64,000 nucleotides of DNA from Pseudomonadales bacterium. Lineage in GTDB: Bacteria > Pseudomonadota > Gammaproteobacteria > Pseudomonadales > UBA7434. The notes beneath the pieces are model-generated. The model ran no database searches. It had not been told where the DNA came from and saw nothing but the letters and a program-made list of their open reading frames with translations. The stretch lies in assembly GCA_013043705.1 (NCBI GenBank), contig JABDNS010000067.1, forward strand, positions 6,175 through 70,174. Direction: 5' to 3'. The position numbers and the translations under genes are program-made. Below are positions 1 to 9,769 of this stretch, piece after piece; positions within the stretch are counted from its first letter, which is position 1, and each line of letters opens with the position of its first letter.

Positions 1-575
1 TCGCCGTGCAGTGTTTCTACTTTTTCTACCTGCGCCCAAAAGTCACCCTGGTATTGTTCATAACCTTTGGCCATGAACTCGATGTCGTCCACGACCTTGT
101 CTTTCTTGTAGTCTTCAACATGCTCCAGGCCTGAGCCCTTGGCCTTCAGGCGCATATTAATGTCTTTGGTTACCAGGCAGACCACGCGCTTGTCATCTTC
201 GGCCTGCAAGTGCAGGGCGACGTTGATAATGCGGTCATCGTTATAGTGATGTACAGGATTGTTAAGCAACAGTGCCGAATTACTGTGGTCGATGAGCTGG
301 TCGGGGAATATAGCCAGTGTGCCACGTTTTGCTGCAGTGCCTGGAATCTCGACGCCCTGCTGGATTGCTTTCGGCGAGGCGTTTTCGAGAATATCATCGA
401 TCGCGTTAATCGCAATGCGGGCTTCGCGGCTCACATCCTTATCGCGTCGATCCTTGATTGCATCCAGCTCTTCGAGCACCGTCATCGGAATGACGACACG
501 ATGCTCGGCAAACGCATGTATCGCCATTGGATCATGCAACAGAACATTGGTATCGAGAACGAATATTTTATTCAT
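1..575 (-). CDS. PhoH-family ATPase with N-terminal PIN domain (YlaK/PhoH2-like); 3' part lies outside the window
   Basis: My own reverse-strand translation starts at the ATG (complement of 573-575): MNKIFVLDTNVLLHDPMAIHAFAEHRVVIPMTVLEELDAIKDRRDKDVSREARIAINAI...VCLVTKDINMRLKAKG. This is a PIN-type N-terminus as found in PhoH2/YlaK proteins. The frame stays open to position 1. It is absent from the ORF track because it has no stop codon in the window. Confidence 0.75.
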   Translation of the reverse strand, partial: MNKIFVLDTNVLLHDPMAIHAFAEHRVVIPMTVLEELDAIKDRRDKDVSREARIAINAIDDILENASPKAIQQGVEIPGTAAKRGTLAIFPDQLIDHSNSALLLNNPVHHYNDDRIINVALHLQAEDDKRVVCLVTKDINMRLKAKGSGLEHVEDYKKDKVVDDIEFMAKGYEQYQGDFWAQVEKVETLHG

Positions 576-818
576 TGCAGCGCCGTCTGGATTTACCCGC
601 AATTGCATTGCGGGCAGTTCCAGCCCCGCAATGTCACGTTTATATTTATTGGCTGCATAATACCAGCAAAATTGTCGCTGCTGCGTCTGCCCAAACTGCA
701 AAATATTTGGGACAATCGACGTACTTTGCAAGGCACGCCATTTTTGCGTTCTAAAAGCTGGCTGTAGAAAAAAAATCCAGCCGCAACCTTTCGCCGCCAC
801 CAGCCAGACCAGGTAACT

Positions 819-3086
819 ATGAGCCAGGACAACGGCAACCAGCCGACAGATTTCGACACAGAAAAAATTTCCATCAAGGACTATGCCGAGAAGGCCTACC
901 TCGATTACTCGATGTATGTCATTCTCGATCGCGCGCTGCCTCATATTGGTGACGGCCTAAAACCGGTGCAGCGGCGTATCGTTTATGCCATGTCTGAACT
1001 CGGGCTAAAAGCCGGTTCCAAATTCAAGAAATCGGCGCGAACCGTGGGTGATGTGATCGGCAAATTTCACCCGCATGGCGATAGCTCTGTATACGAAGCG
1101 ATGGTGATCATGGCGCAATCGTTTGCTTACCGCTACCCGCTGATTGACGGGCAGGGCAACTGGGGCTCCTCCGATGATCCCAAATCTTTTGCGGCAATGC
1201 GCTATACCGAATCGCGGCTGACACCGTTTGCCGATGTCTTGATGTCAGAAGTAACGCAAGGTACCGTTGACTGGCAGCCCAATTTTGATGGCACGCTCGA
1301 CGAGCCGGTTCTACTACCCTCCAAAGTGCCCTCCATATTGCTCAATGGCACCACCGGTATTGCGGTGGGTATGGCCACCGATATTCCTCCGCATAACCTG
1401 AATGAAGTAATTTCCGCTTGCGTGCATTTGCTGGATAAGCCCAAAGCTACGCTCAGGGATATCGCGGAGCATGTGCAGGCGCCGGACTTCCCCACCGACG
1501 CAGAAATTATTACACCACGCGATGCGTTGCTCGATATGTACGAAACCGGCAAGGGCAGCCTGAAGATGCGCGCGGTTTACACGCGTGAGCAGGGTGACAT
1601 TGTAGTAACTGCGCTTCCGCACCAGGTTTCGGGTTCGCGTGTGTTAGAGCAAATTGCGGCGCAAATGACCGCGAAAAAATTGCCGATGGTTGTCGACCTT
1701 CGCGACGAGTCCGATCACGAGAACCCGACCCGGCTGGTTATCGTGCCGAAATCCAATCGCGTTGATGCCGCTGCGCTCATGTCCCACCTATTCCACTCCA
1801 CCGACCTGGAGCGAAATTATCGGGTAAACCTGAATATGATTGGCCTTAACGGTCGGCCACAGGTTAAGTCTTTAAACCTGATTCTTAAGGAGTGGCTACA
1901 GTTTCGCAAAGCCACAATCAAGAGAAGGCTGGAGTATCGGCTAGAAAAAATTCTCGATAGATTGCACTTGCTTGATGGCTTGCTGATTGCGTTTTTAAAC
2001 CTGGACGAAGTTATCAAGATTATCCGCAGCGAAGACAAGCCCAAGCAAGTGTTAATGAAGCGCTTCAAGCTTAGCGAGCTGCAAGCCAACTATATTCTCG
2101 ATACGCGCTTGAGGCAGTTGGCGCGATTGGAAGAGATGAAAATAAAAGGCGAGCAGGAAGAGCTTAGCGCCGAGCGCGACGGCCTCAAGAAAACGCTGGG
2201 CTCGGATGCGCGACTAAAAACGCTAATGAAAAAAGAACTGCTTGCGGTTGCCGAAGAATTTGGCGACGCGAGGCGATCACCGTTGGTTAGTCGCGATGAA
2301 GCTATGGCGTTTAGCGAAGACGATATTACAACTGCAGAGCCTGTAACTGTTGTTCTTTCCGAGAAAGGTTGGGTGCGCGCCGCAAAGGGTCACGATATCG
2401 ACGCGGCAACCTTGAATTTTAAATCTGGCGACCAGTTTTTGTTGGCAGCGCATGGGCGCTCGAATGAATCGGCAGTGTTTCTCGATTCTACGGGTAGAAG
2501 TTATTCGGTGCCGGTTCGCACTTTGCCAAGCGCCAGGGGCCAGGGCGAACCATTAAGCGGTAAGCTTAGCCCGCCCTCTGGTGCAACTTTCCAGGGCGTG
2601 ATGATGGGCGCCGATAGCCAGCAGTATGTGTTGGCAACCAGCGCCGGCTACGGCTTCGTGGCGAAACTGGGCGATATGCACGCGAATAAAAAAGCCGGCA
2701 AGTCGCTGTTGACGGTGCCAAAAAATGGGCGCGTAATGACGCCGGTTGCAGCTGGGGAGTTAGGCAGCGCGCTGTTGGTTTCAATTAGCAATATTGGCCG
2801 TATGCTGGTTTTCCCGCTGTCCGAACTACCGGTTATGGCGCGAGGCAAGGGCAACAAAATCATGAATATTCCATCCGCAAAGCTGGCTAGCGGGGAAGAA
2901 CATATGTTGGCGATTGCGGTATTGCATAAGCGCGACACGCTGGTGGTACAGGCGGGCAAGCGCTACCTGAAAATGAAGCTATCCGACCTTGAGCATTACA
3001 TGGGTGAGCGTGCGCGACGCGGCAACAAGCTGCCGCGCGGCTTCCAGAAGGTCGATAGTGTATCGATAGAATCAAAGCCCGAATAG
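819..3086 (+). CDS. parC: DNA topoisomerase IV subunit A
   Basis: 755-aa ORF with [19 protein letters not shown] and the catalytic-Tyr motif [10 protein letters not shown] of type IIA topoisomerase A subunits. The length of about 750 aa fits ParC rather than GyrA. Confidence 0.9.
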   Translation: MSQDNGNQPTDFDTEKISIKDYAEKAYLDYSMYVILDRALPHIGDGLKPVQRRIVYAMSELGLKAGSKFKKSARTVGDVIGKFHPHGDSSVYEAMVIMAQSFAYRYPLIDGQGNWGSSDDPKSFAAMRYTESRLTPFADVLMSEVTQGTVDWQPNFDGTLDEPVLLPSKVPSILLNGTTGIAVGMATDIPPHNLNEVISACVHLLDKPKATLRDIAEHVQAPDFPTDAEIITPRDALLDMYETGKGSLKMRAVYTREQGDIVVTALPHQVSGSRVLEQIAAQMTAKKLPMVVDLRDESDHENPTRLVIVPKSNRVDAAALMSHLFHSTDLERNYRVNLNMIGLNGRPQVKSLNLILKEWLQFRKATIKRRLEYRLEKILDRLHLLDGLLIAFLNLDEVIKIIRSEDKPKQVLMKRFKLSELQANYILDTRLRQLARLEEMKIKGEQEELSAERDGLKKTLGSDARLKTLMKKELLAVAEEFGDARRSPLVSRDEAMAFSEDDITTAEPVTVVLSEKGWVRAAKGHDIDAATLNFKSGDQFLLAAHGRSNESAVFLDSTGRSYSVPVRTLPSARGQGEPLSGKLSPPSGATFQGVMMGADSQQYVLATSAGYGFVAKLGDMHANKKAGKSLLTVPKNGRVMTPVAAGELGSALLVSISNIGRMLVFPLSELPVMARGKGNKIMNIPSAKLASGEEHMLAIAVLHKRDTLVVQAGKRYLKMKLSDLEHYMGERARRGNKLPRGFQKVDSVSIESKPE

Positions 3087-3105
3087 GCGGTTATTTTTTG
3101 AAGCG

Positions 3106-4320
3106 ATGAGCAATGTTTGTTTAATCAAGGTGTCTGGCAAAGACCAGCCGGGCATAACTAACGCCATTACCGGCTTGCTGGCCAGGCACAGCGTAAGTAT
3201 TTTGGATATTGGCCAGGCCGTCATCCACAACAACCTGGCGCTGGGTATGCTTGCAGAAATGCCGGGCAACTTTTCTTCGGGTTCACTTGCCTCGCTTCTC
3301 GACGATATTCTCGCTAGCTTTACGCTAGATGTGGAGGTACTGCGGGTTAGTGATACGGATTACCATGCCTGGGTTGCTGAGCAGGGTAAGCCTCGACATA
3401 TTCTTAGCTTGTTGGCGCGCAAGATCAGTGCAGACCAGGTGCAGCGAGTGACCGGCATGATCGCGGCACAGCGGCTGAATATTGACAAAATAACCAGGCT
3501 TTCGGGCCGCGTCGCGCTTGGCGGTGATGCGTCGAGCGCCGACAGTGCCTGCATAGAATTTTCCCTGCGCGGCGAATGGCCCGACGAGCAACGTATACGC
3601 AGTGAATTTCTTGAGCTTGCCAATGCACTCGACGCTGATATCGCAATTCAGCAAGACAACATGTTCAGGCGCAATCGAAGGCTGGTGGCCTTTGATATGG
3701 ACTCGACACTTATCGAGGCGGAAGTTATCGATGAGTTGGCCAAGCTGGCCGGTGTCGGTGAACAGGTGGCCTCGATTACTGAAGCTGCAATGCGAGGAGA
3801 GCTTGATTTTGCGCAAAGCTTCACGCAGCGCGTTGCCTTGCTCAAGGGCCTTGAGGAGTCAGCGCTGGTAAAAGTGGCCGCAAGTTTGAAGTTAGTTGAA
3901 GGAACCGAGGTCTTGCTTCGAACGTTAAAAACGCTGGGTTATAAAACAGCAATTTTGTCTGGCGGCTTCGAATTTTTTGCTCATCGCTTGCAGCAGCAGT
4001 TGGATTTTGACTACGTCTACGCCAACCAACTTGATATTGTCGATGGTATTGTTACAGGCAAGGTTCGCGGGGATATCGTCGATGGCAAACGCAAGGCATT
4101 TTTGCTGCAGGAAATTGCGGATAAGGAAAATATTGCGCTGGAGCAGGTGATCGCGGTTGGCGATGGCGCCAACGATTTGCCGATGTTAAGCCTGGCAGGT
4201 CTGGGTGTTGCGTTCCGTGCCAAACCACTGGTGAAGCAATCGGCCAGGCAGTCTATCTCCAAACTCGGGTTAGACAGTATCTTGTACCTGTTAGGTATCA
4301 GCGACCGTGAGCGGCAGTAA
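3106..4320 (+). CDS. serB: Phosphoserine phosphatase, long form with N-terminal ACT-like regulatory region
   Basis: HAD motif I FDMDSTLI, C-terminal GDGANDLPM motif, 404 aa. Confidence 0.85.
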   Translation: MSNVCLIKVSGKDQPGITNAITGLLARHSVSILDIGQAVIHNNLALGMLAEMPGNFSSGSLASLLDDILASFTLDVEVLRVSDTDYHAWVAEQGKPRHILSLLARKISADQVQRVTGMIAAQRLNIDKITRLSGRVALGGDASSADSACIEFSLRGEWPDEQRIRSEFLELANALDADIAIQQDNMFRRNRRLVAFDMDSTLIEAEVIDELAKLAGVGEQVASITEAAMRGELDFAQSFTQRVALLKGLEESALVKVAASLKLVEGTEVLLRTLKTLGYKTAILSGGFEFFAHRLQQQLDFDYVYANQLDIVDGIVTGKVRGDIVDGKRKAFLLQEIADKENIALEQVIAVGDGANDLPMLSLAGLGVAFRAKPLVKQSARQSISKLGLDSILYLLGISDRERQ

Positions 4321-4333
4321 ATGCTTTGTGTGA

Positions 4334-6511
4334 TCAGGCGATGTCAGAAAATTCGTAGCTCATCGCGGGTAGCGGCGCCTGTAAGTAGGAGCCTTGCACA
4401 TAAGGGATTCCCGTTTGCCATAACTGCGCTAGATCCGCTGCTGTGTTTACCGCTACAGCTATACACACTGCGCCAGTATCGCTGCTCTGGGAAATGATGG
4501 TCTTTAAACCTTCTTTGGAGTTGTTCTCTTCCGCGTTGAGATTTTCTGTTAGTGCCGCATCCAATTGTACGAAGTCTGGTTTGCAAGCTTTAACGATATC
4601 TACCTGTTCCGTAGCCACCCCTTTGATCGTTGTTTTGAAGCCGTTTTCAAGCAACGTTACAAAAAGTTTCCTGCATTTCGCTTCATAGTTTTGTGCTTGC
4701 TCGGCACTCACGTTAAACGAGATGCTGTCTTTGGGCAGGCCGCTGGCTTGAACCGTGTCCATCAGCCAGCCAACGAAATGCTCGTCGCTAATTGCGCTGG
4801 CGGTAAGCGGCACAGACAGGCTGATATGCGGGTTTTCGTAAACCAGCGAGGACAACGCTTCTATTGACTGCGTTACAAGCCACTGGTCCAGCGCCACGTT
4901 ATCTTTCTCGATGCCAAGGCTCTCCAGTAGTTCCGAAGCATCCTGTTCAACACCAGCGTCATTACGCATGAACACAAACGCGTCGTACCACTGCGTAGAC
5001 TGATTGTGCAGGCCAATAACCGGTTGATACTTAATTTTCAGTCGATCAAGTTCCATCGCAGATTTCAACGCCGCGCTGCCCTGGGCGTTGTCGATACGTG
5101 GCGAGAATAGCTTGAAACCGCCCGAAGCGAGTTGCGTGGCGCAAACGTTGAATGCTTTTTCAATAGCATCGCTCGCACTCATATCTGCGACACCATACTT
5201 GGATATACCAATTGCAGCGAAGTTGCCGTTGTCCGCTTCGCTCGCATTATTGATGGTTTGGTCGATGAGCTGGCAAATTTCTTTGCCCAAATGATTTTCT
5301 ACTTCGTCGTTATCCGGGGTTGCGATAACCCAATGCTCGCCGGAGTAGCAGCTAACAAAAGCATTGGCAGGCAGCAAGCTGCGAAGCTTTTCGTCGATCG
5401 AGTCAATAAGTTTCGCATAATTGACAAGATCGATATTGCGACGAAAGCCAGCCACATTGGATAGCGATACAAAGTAGACCATACCTTTGCCGCCAATTTG
5501 CTGCAGCGCCGAAATATCACGAAGTGCAACAGCTGGCGACGAAGCGCTAGCTGTTACATTGGCTGCGCCAGCTTGGCTTGGATTAGGTGCGCTCGCGGGG
5601 CTGTTGGCAGAAATATCATTGCCATGCAGGCCGCGCAAGATGATTTGTGTGCATGCTTCACCTTCGTGAGAGGCAGCGGAAAAATCAATGCTTACCTGTA
5701 CGCTTTCACCGCTGGCATTTTGCAAGTAGGTGTCGGTGCTGGGGATATCGCTATCGCCCTTGCTAAGTAATTTGATGACCTTGCGCATTTCGCCCTGGCT
5801 ATTTTCTGCTACCAGGTCCATTAGCGGCATCAGCTCCAGGTCGTCAACGTCGCTGTAGCCCAAGGTTTCTACAAATACGGTGTTGGCATCAATCAACATG
5901 CCGTCCGCTACGTAGGCGATGGCATCGGCGGTAGTGCTGAGTAGCAGCTGGCTTTTCGCCTCAGCTTCAGCCAGCACACTGGCGCTGCTTTGCGCGTGCT
6001 GTGCGTTGTGTAAGGCTTCAACTTCGCGGCTTACCGCAAACAGGAAGCGCTCGCCTTCATCGATGGTCAGGTAGTCGTGAAAACCGCACTGCACAATTTG
6101 CAATGCGTTGGTGGCAGAGTACTCGGCATCGAGAAAAATGGAGCGGGCATTGGAGTTTGCTTCGCCCAACAATTTGTTGATAACAACAGGCAGGAACTCG
6201 CTTGAGTCACCATAGCCAATAACCAGGTCCCAGTTTTGTTCCAGCAACGATTCTTTCAAGTCTTCAATAGAGCTGGCGCGATGACAATGCGTGGACCAAT
6301 TGGCTTGTTTAAAAAGATCCTTGGTTCGCTCCGCGCTACCGGGTTCTTCATGGGCCAACAATATGCTGATACGCTCAAATGCCGGCGCACTGTTTGCCTG
6401 TAAGTCGGCAATGTCAGGGCTGTCAGATGGATTGCTCACGATTGTTTGATCCAGGTCCAGGTCGAGGTCCATGTCATTAGTGCCGAGGGCTGTACTCATT
6501 TTTTTCGCCAA
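4334..6511 (-). CDS. FimX-like REC-PAS-GGDEF-EAL protein with degenerate catalytic motifs (probable c-di-GMP receptor)
   Basis: 725 aa. It has a receiver-like N-terminus, then a PAS-like block (LLLSTTADAIAYVADGMLIDANTVFVETLGY...). The GGDEF position reads YSGEHW and the EAL position reads YDAFVFMR. The C-terminal EAL-fold tail is ...FVQLDAALTENL...YVQGSYLQAP. It lies next to serB, as fimX does in P. aeruginosa (from memory). Confidence 0.6.
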   Translation of the reverse strand: MAKKMSTALGTNDMDLDLDLDQTIVSNPSDSPDIADLQANSAPAFERISILLAHEEPGSAERTKDLFKQANWSTHCHRASSIEDLKESLLEQNWDLVIGYGDSSEFLPVVINKLLGEANSNARSIFLDAEYSATNALQIVQCGFHDYLTIDEGERFLFAVSREVEALHNAQHAQSSASVLAEAEAKSQLLLSTTADAIAYVADGMLIDANTVFVETLGYSDVDDLELMPLMDLVAENSQGEMRKVIKLLSKGDSDIPSTDTYLQNASGESVQVSIDFSAASHEGEACTQIILRGLHGNDISANSPASAPNPSQAGAANVTASASSPAVALRDISALQQIGGKGMVYFVSLSNVAGFRRNIDLVNYAKLIDSIDEKLRSLLPANAFVSCYSGEHWVIATPDNDEVENHLGKEICQLIDQTINNASEADNGNFAAIGISKYGVADMSASDAIEKAFNVCATQLASGGFKLFSPRIDNAQGSAALKSAMELDRLKIKYQPVIGLHNQSTQWYDAFVFMRNDAGVEQDASELLESLGIEKDNVALDQWLVTQSIEALSSLVYENPHISLSVPLTASAISDEHFVGWLMDTVQASGLPKDSISFNVSAEQAQNYEAKCRKLFVTLLENGFKTTIKGVATEQVDIVKACKPDFVQLDAALTENLNAEENNSKEGLKTIISQSSDTGAVCIAVAVNTAADLAQLWQTGIPYVQGSYLQAPLPAMSYEFSDIA

Positions 6512-6904
6512 TCTTTAACTGCTGAAATTGGAATAAATATTCAGCCACCGATGTTCTGTGCGGCTGTCTTTTTTTCAAAGCATGCGCTGCAACGAGAAAT
6601 CGAGGCGCATAGGGGCAGGGTAGGTGCAACGTACATCGCGGTACACCGGGTGAAAAGCGTGCCAGCTTATATACATTTGCTTGCACGCCGGATCTCACTG
6701 CAGTAACAAAACTGCCGGGCCGCCCCCGTGACTGCCACAGCACCAGGTCAGGGTGCCGCCGTCACAAGTATGAGTATAGGCAGCGAACGCTTCGGCTGCC
6801 GAAAATTGCAGCAGCTTCGTCGAGCCATAGCTGGCGTTTGTCGCGGCCGCGATGAACTCGGCTTTGTCCGTAGGTGCTGGTTTGCAAGTGGCTGTTTTAA
6901 ATAG

Positions 6905-8044
6905 TTATATCTGTCTGGACAGGTCAATTTTCGAGGTGGCGCCAGGTATTTCTCGCACCAGTCTGGGCAGTAAATACCCCGGTAATTCGCCGCGCATTGC
7001 GTCGTGAATGTGCAAGGCCTGCGCATCGCTAACTTCAAAGTGTGAAGTGCCGCTCACTTTGTCGAGTTGATGCAGGTAGTAGGGCAGCACACCGTGCTTG
7101 AACAGCGTGCGGCAAAGTTGTATTTGAGCTGCTTGGCTGTCGTTAACGCCACGCAGCAGCACGGCCTGGTTGAGTAGCGTGGCACCCGAGCTTGATAGCG
7201 CTTGCAATGCGTTCGCTACTTGCTGGTCCATTTCTGCTGCATGGTTGCTATGCACCACCACAACCAGCTTGCCCGGCCACTTTTCCAATCTGTCGAGCAA
7301 TGCGCGCGTCACGCGCGATGGCAGAACAACCGGTAGGCGCGTATGAATACGCAGACAATCAACGTGTTGGATCCTGGCGATCTGCTCCAGTAGTTCACCC
7401 AGTTGCTGGTCGGCCAGCGATAGTGGGTCACCACCACTGAGGATTACCTCACTAATTGACGGATCGGATTGAATCTCTTGCAGCGGGCGCTGCCAGTCGC
7501 TGCGACCAAGTCGATTGTCCTGGTAAGGGAAATTCTTGCGAAAACAATAGCGGCAATGAATTGCACAGGCCTGGGTAACTACTAGCAGCGCCCTCGATGC
7601 ATATTTTTGTATCAGGCCCGGCGTGTTGTTGTAGTCGCGCTCGGCCAGTGGGTCGGCACTGAAGCCGGGCATTTGCAAAAGTTCTTCGGCGCGCGGTAGT
7701 ACCTGGCGCAGCAACGGGTCGTCGATATTACCCGGCTGCATACGATTGATAAAGGAGGCGGTAACCCGAAGCGGAAAGCCAGCTATCGAGCCGCTGTCGA
7801 CGAGCTGGTGGCGGTAGCTCGCAATGGGAATACCCAGCTTACCGAGCAGCTCGGCAACTGTGATGCTGGCAGCGCTGAGTTCACGCTGCCACGCTGTGCT
7901 TTGTTTGTGCCGGGCAGCGGCGCTACTGTCGCCAGATACCCCGCTAGACGCAATGTAATTATCTGTCAGGCGATGCCGTGCTGATGCGGGTATCATTGAT
8001 TTGTGTGTTTTCATTGCCCGCATTCCCGGCCATCGTTGGTTCAC
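6905..8044 (-). CDS. epmB: EF-P beta-lysylation protein (lysine 2,3-aminomutase-like radical SAM enzyme)
   Basis: Radical-SAM cluster motif CAIHCRYCFRKNF and end-to-end resemblance to E. coli EpmB/YjeK (DDPLLRQVLP, VILSGGDPL, LLNQAVLLRGVND, LPYYLHQLDKV). The true start is uncertain because there are several in-frame ATGs in the first ~20 codons. Confidence 0.9.
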   Translation of the reverse strand: MNQRWPGMRAMKTHKSMIPASARHRLTDNYIASSGVSGDSSAAARHKQSTAWQRELSAASITVAELLGKLGIPIASYRHQLVDSGSIAGFPLRVTASFINRMQPGNIDDPLLRQVLPRAEELLQMPGFSADPLAERDYNNTPGLIQKYASRALLVVTQACAIHCRYCFRKNFPYQDNRLGRSDWQRPLQEIQSDPSISEVILSGGDPLSLADQQLGELLEQIARIQHVDCLRIHTRLPVVLPSRVTRALLDRLEKWPGKLVVVVHSNHAAEMDQQVANALQALSSSGATLLNQAVLLRGVNDSQAAQIQLCRTLFKHGVLPYYLHQLDKVSGTSHFEVSDAQALHIHDAMRGELPGYLLPRLVREIPGATSKIDLSRQI

Positions 8045-8156
8045 TTGGAAGCTAAGCGGGTTATGATCACACAGTCATAGTTGGTTTGCGAACCGGCAAA
8101 TAGTGTTTTCCTGCCCGCTTTATGATTTGCAGGCAACGGTCTACCAGGGGCTTGGC

Positions 8157-8720
8157 ATGGGTAATTACTCGACAAACGAATTTAAAAACGGGCTTAAGCT
8201 TATTATTGAAGGCGACCCCTGCAGCATCATTGAGAATGAAGTGGTAAAGCCCGGTAAAGGGCAGGCATTCAACCGCGTTAAATTGAAAAACCTGAAAACC
8301 GGGCGCAGCTGGGAGAAAACCTTTAAGTCAGGTGAGTCGGTAGAGGCCGCTGATGTTATGGATACTGATATGGAGTATCTTTATAACGATGGCGAATTCT
8401 GGTACTTCATGGATCCTGAAAGTTTCGAGCAGTTACCTGCATCGAACGAGGCGGTTGCCGACGCCAAGCTGTGGCTGAAGGAGCAGGATAAATGCATCGT
8501 TACTTTGTGGAACGGTAGCCCGCTTACGGTGACGCCACCGAATTTTGTTGAGCTGGCGGTTACCGAAACCGATCCCGGGCTGAAAGGTGATACTGCGCAA
8601 GGCGGCACCAAACCCGCCACGCTGGCCAGCGGCGCGGTGGTTCGCGTGCCGTTGTTTGTAGAGGAAGGCGATGTATTAAAAATTGATACGCGCAACGGGG
8701 AATATGTTTCGCGCGCTTGA
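8157..8720 (+). CDS. efp: Elongation factor P
   Basis: [46 protein letters not shown]..., with the KPGKGQAF loop carrying the modifiable lysine. The ATG at 8157 gives the canonical ~187 aa. The ORF-track start at 8103 would add 18 non-conserved residues. Confidence 0.92.
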   Translation: MGNYSTNEFKNGLKLIIEGDPCSIIENEVVKPGKGQAFNRVKLKNLKTGRSWEKTFKSGESVEAADVMDTDMEYLYNDGEFWYFMDPESFEQLPASNEAVADAKLWLKEQDKCIVTLWNGSPLTVTPPNFVELAVTETDPGLKGDTAQGGTKPATLASGAVVRVPLFVEEGDVLKIDTRNGEYVSRA

Positions 8721-8763
8721 CGCCCGCTGTTTTGCCTCATTGTAAGGTAGGCTATCCCCCAAT

Positions 8764-9741
8764 TTGAATACGCGGCGTATACAGCGAACAGGCCGGATAG
8801 CTAGCACCGGCGCTTACCCATTGCGGTTGCCGCCTTGCGATACGCAAGCGCTACTTGCCCGCCGCGCCCGGTTTTTGCGTGCCATTCGTAGCTTCTTCGA
8901 TGCCCAGGCTGTAACAGAAGTTACCACGCCGCAAATGGGCGCATACCCGGCAAGCGATCCCCAGCTATGCAACTTTCGTGTAGATAACCCTTTGGCCGTT
9001 AGTGATAAAGCGGCGCACTTTTATTTGCAGACCTCACCTGAATCCGCCATGAAGCAACTGTTGGCGCGTGGCAGCGGTTCTATCTACCAGCTATGCCAGG
9101 CTTTTCGGGTCGATCCGCCCGGCGCATTGCACGCCATGGAATTCACCTTGCTCGAATGGTATCGGCTTGGCTTTGATTTTGACGAAATTATTAGCGATAC
9201 GCTCTCTCTCGTCGCTACGTTATTGGGCGATAGAAAAGTAGAGGTCATTAGTTATTTTGATATTTTTCTGCGCGAGCTTTCACTCGACCCGCTGCTGGCT
9301 GGGAAAAATGAATTGCGCGATGCAGCCAAACGGCGTGTAGACGTAGACATGGATGACGTGGATGAACAGATTTGGCTGGATCTGCTGTTTAGTCATTGCA
9401 TTGCGCCGCAGCTTGGCCAGGGCTGTTACACCGTCATCAGGGATTTTCCACCGCAGCAAGCGGCAATGGCTGAGCTTGCTATCGATGCAAAGGGTAACCA
9501 GGTGGCGGCACGGTTCGAGCTGTTTATTGAGGGTGTTGAGATTGCCAATGGCTATAAGGAGCTAATCGATTGGCGTGAACAGCAGCGGCGTTTCGAACAG
9601 GACAATAAAACCCGCCAGGCCCGCGGTATCGCACCGGTTGAAATCGACAAGGGCTTGTTGGCGTCGATGCGCGAGCACGGCTTGCCCGCCTGCGCCGGCG
9701 TGGCGTTGGGCGTAGATCGGCTGTTAATGCTAGCGCAATAG
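8764..9741 (+). CDS. epmA: EF-P-lysine lysyltransferase (LysRS-paralog, PoxA/GenX)
   Basis: 325-aa class II aaRS-like catalytic core (TSPESAMKQLLARGSGSIYQLCQAFR, EFTLLEWYR, GVALGVDRLLML), adjacent to efp and epmB. The listed start is a TTG and is uncertain. Confidence 0.85.
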   Translation: MNTRRIQRTGRIASTGAYPLRLPPCDTQALLARRARFLRAIRSFFDAQAVTEVTTPQMGAYPASDPQLCNFRVDNPLAVSDKAAHFYLQTSPESAMKQLLARGSGSIYQLCQAFRVDPPGALHAMEFTLLEWYRLGFDFDEIISDTLSLVATLLGDRKVEVISYFDIFLRELSLDPLLAGKNELRDAAKRRVDVDMDDVDEQIWLDLLFSHCIAPQLGQGCYTVIRDFPPQQAAMAELAIDAKGNQVAARFELFIEGVEIANGYKELIDWREQQRRFEQDNKTRQARGIAPVEIDKGLLASMREHGLPACAGVALGVDRLLMLAQ

Positions 9742-9769
9742 GCCGAACTTTATAAAAAACGGCCGTTAT

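Noticed and set aside
1-575. PIN domain as a VapC-type toxin of a toxin-antitoxin pair.
   Set aside because: The PIN domain continues in-frame into a longer protein of the PhoH/YlaK type, and there is no small upstream antitoxin ORF. The upstream region is the divergent parC promoter.
170-877. Several plus- and minus-strand track ORFs (210..767, 259..660, 527..754, 170..415, 593..877) at the left edge.
   Set aside because: Their translations are low-complexity or Cys/Arg-rich with no recognisable motif. The reverse-strand frame ending at the ATG at 573-575 gives a clean PIN/PhoH N-terminus instead, so these are shadow ORFs or intergenic noise.
6477-7038. Track ORFs 6477..6743 (88 aa) and 6748..7038 (96 aa) on the minus strand.
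   Set aside because: The first overlaps the FimX-like start region and the second overlaps the conserved epmB C-terminus out of frame. Both translations are Arg/Pro/Cys-rich with no motif. The only coding-looking frame in the spacer is the epmB-phase extension reported as a finding.
8103-8156. N-terminal extensions of the track ORFs for efp (8103), trxA (14596), slyX (18114), the DUF4124 protein (18331), the fliL-like gene (22663), the DAHP synthase (41588) and the zinc-ribbon gene (57182).
   Set aside because: In each case an internal start reproduces the conserved family N-terminus or signal peptide, and the extra residues are non-conserved.
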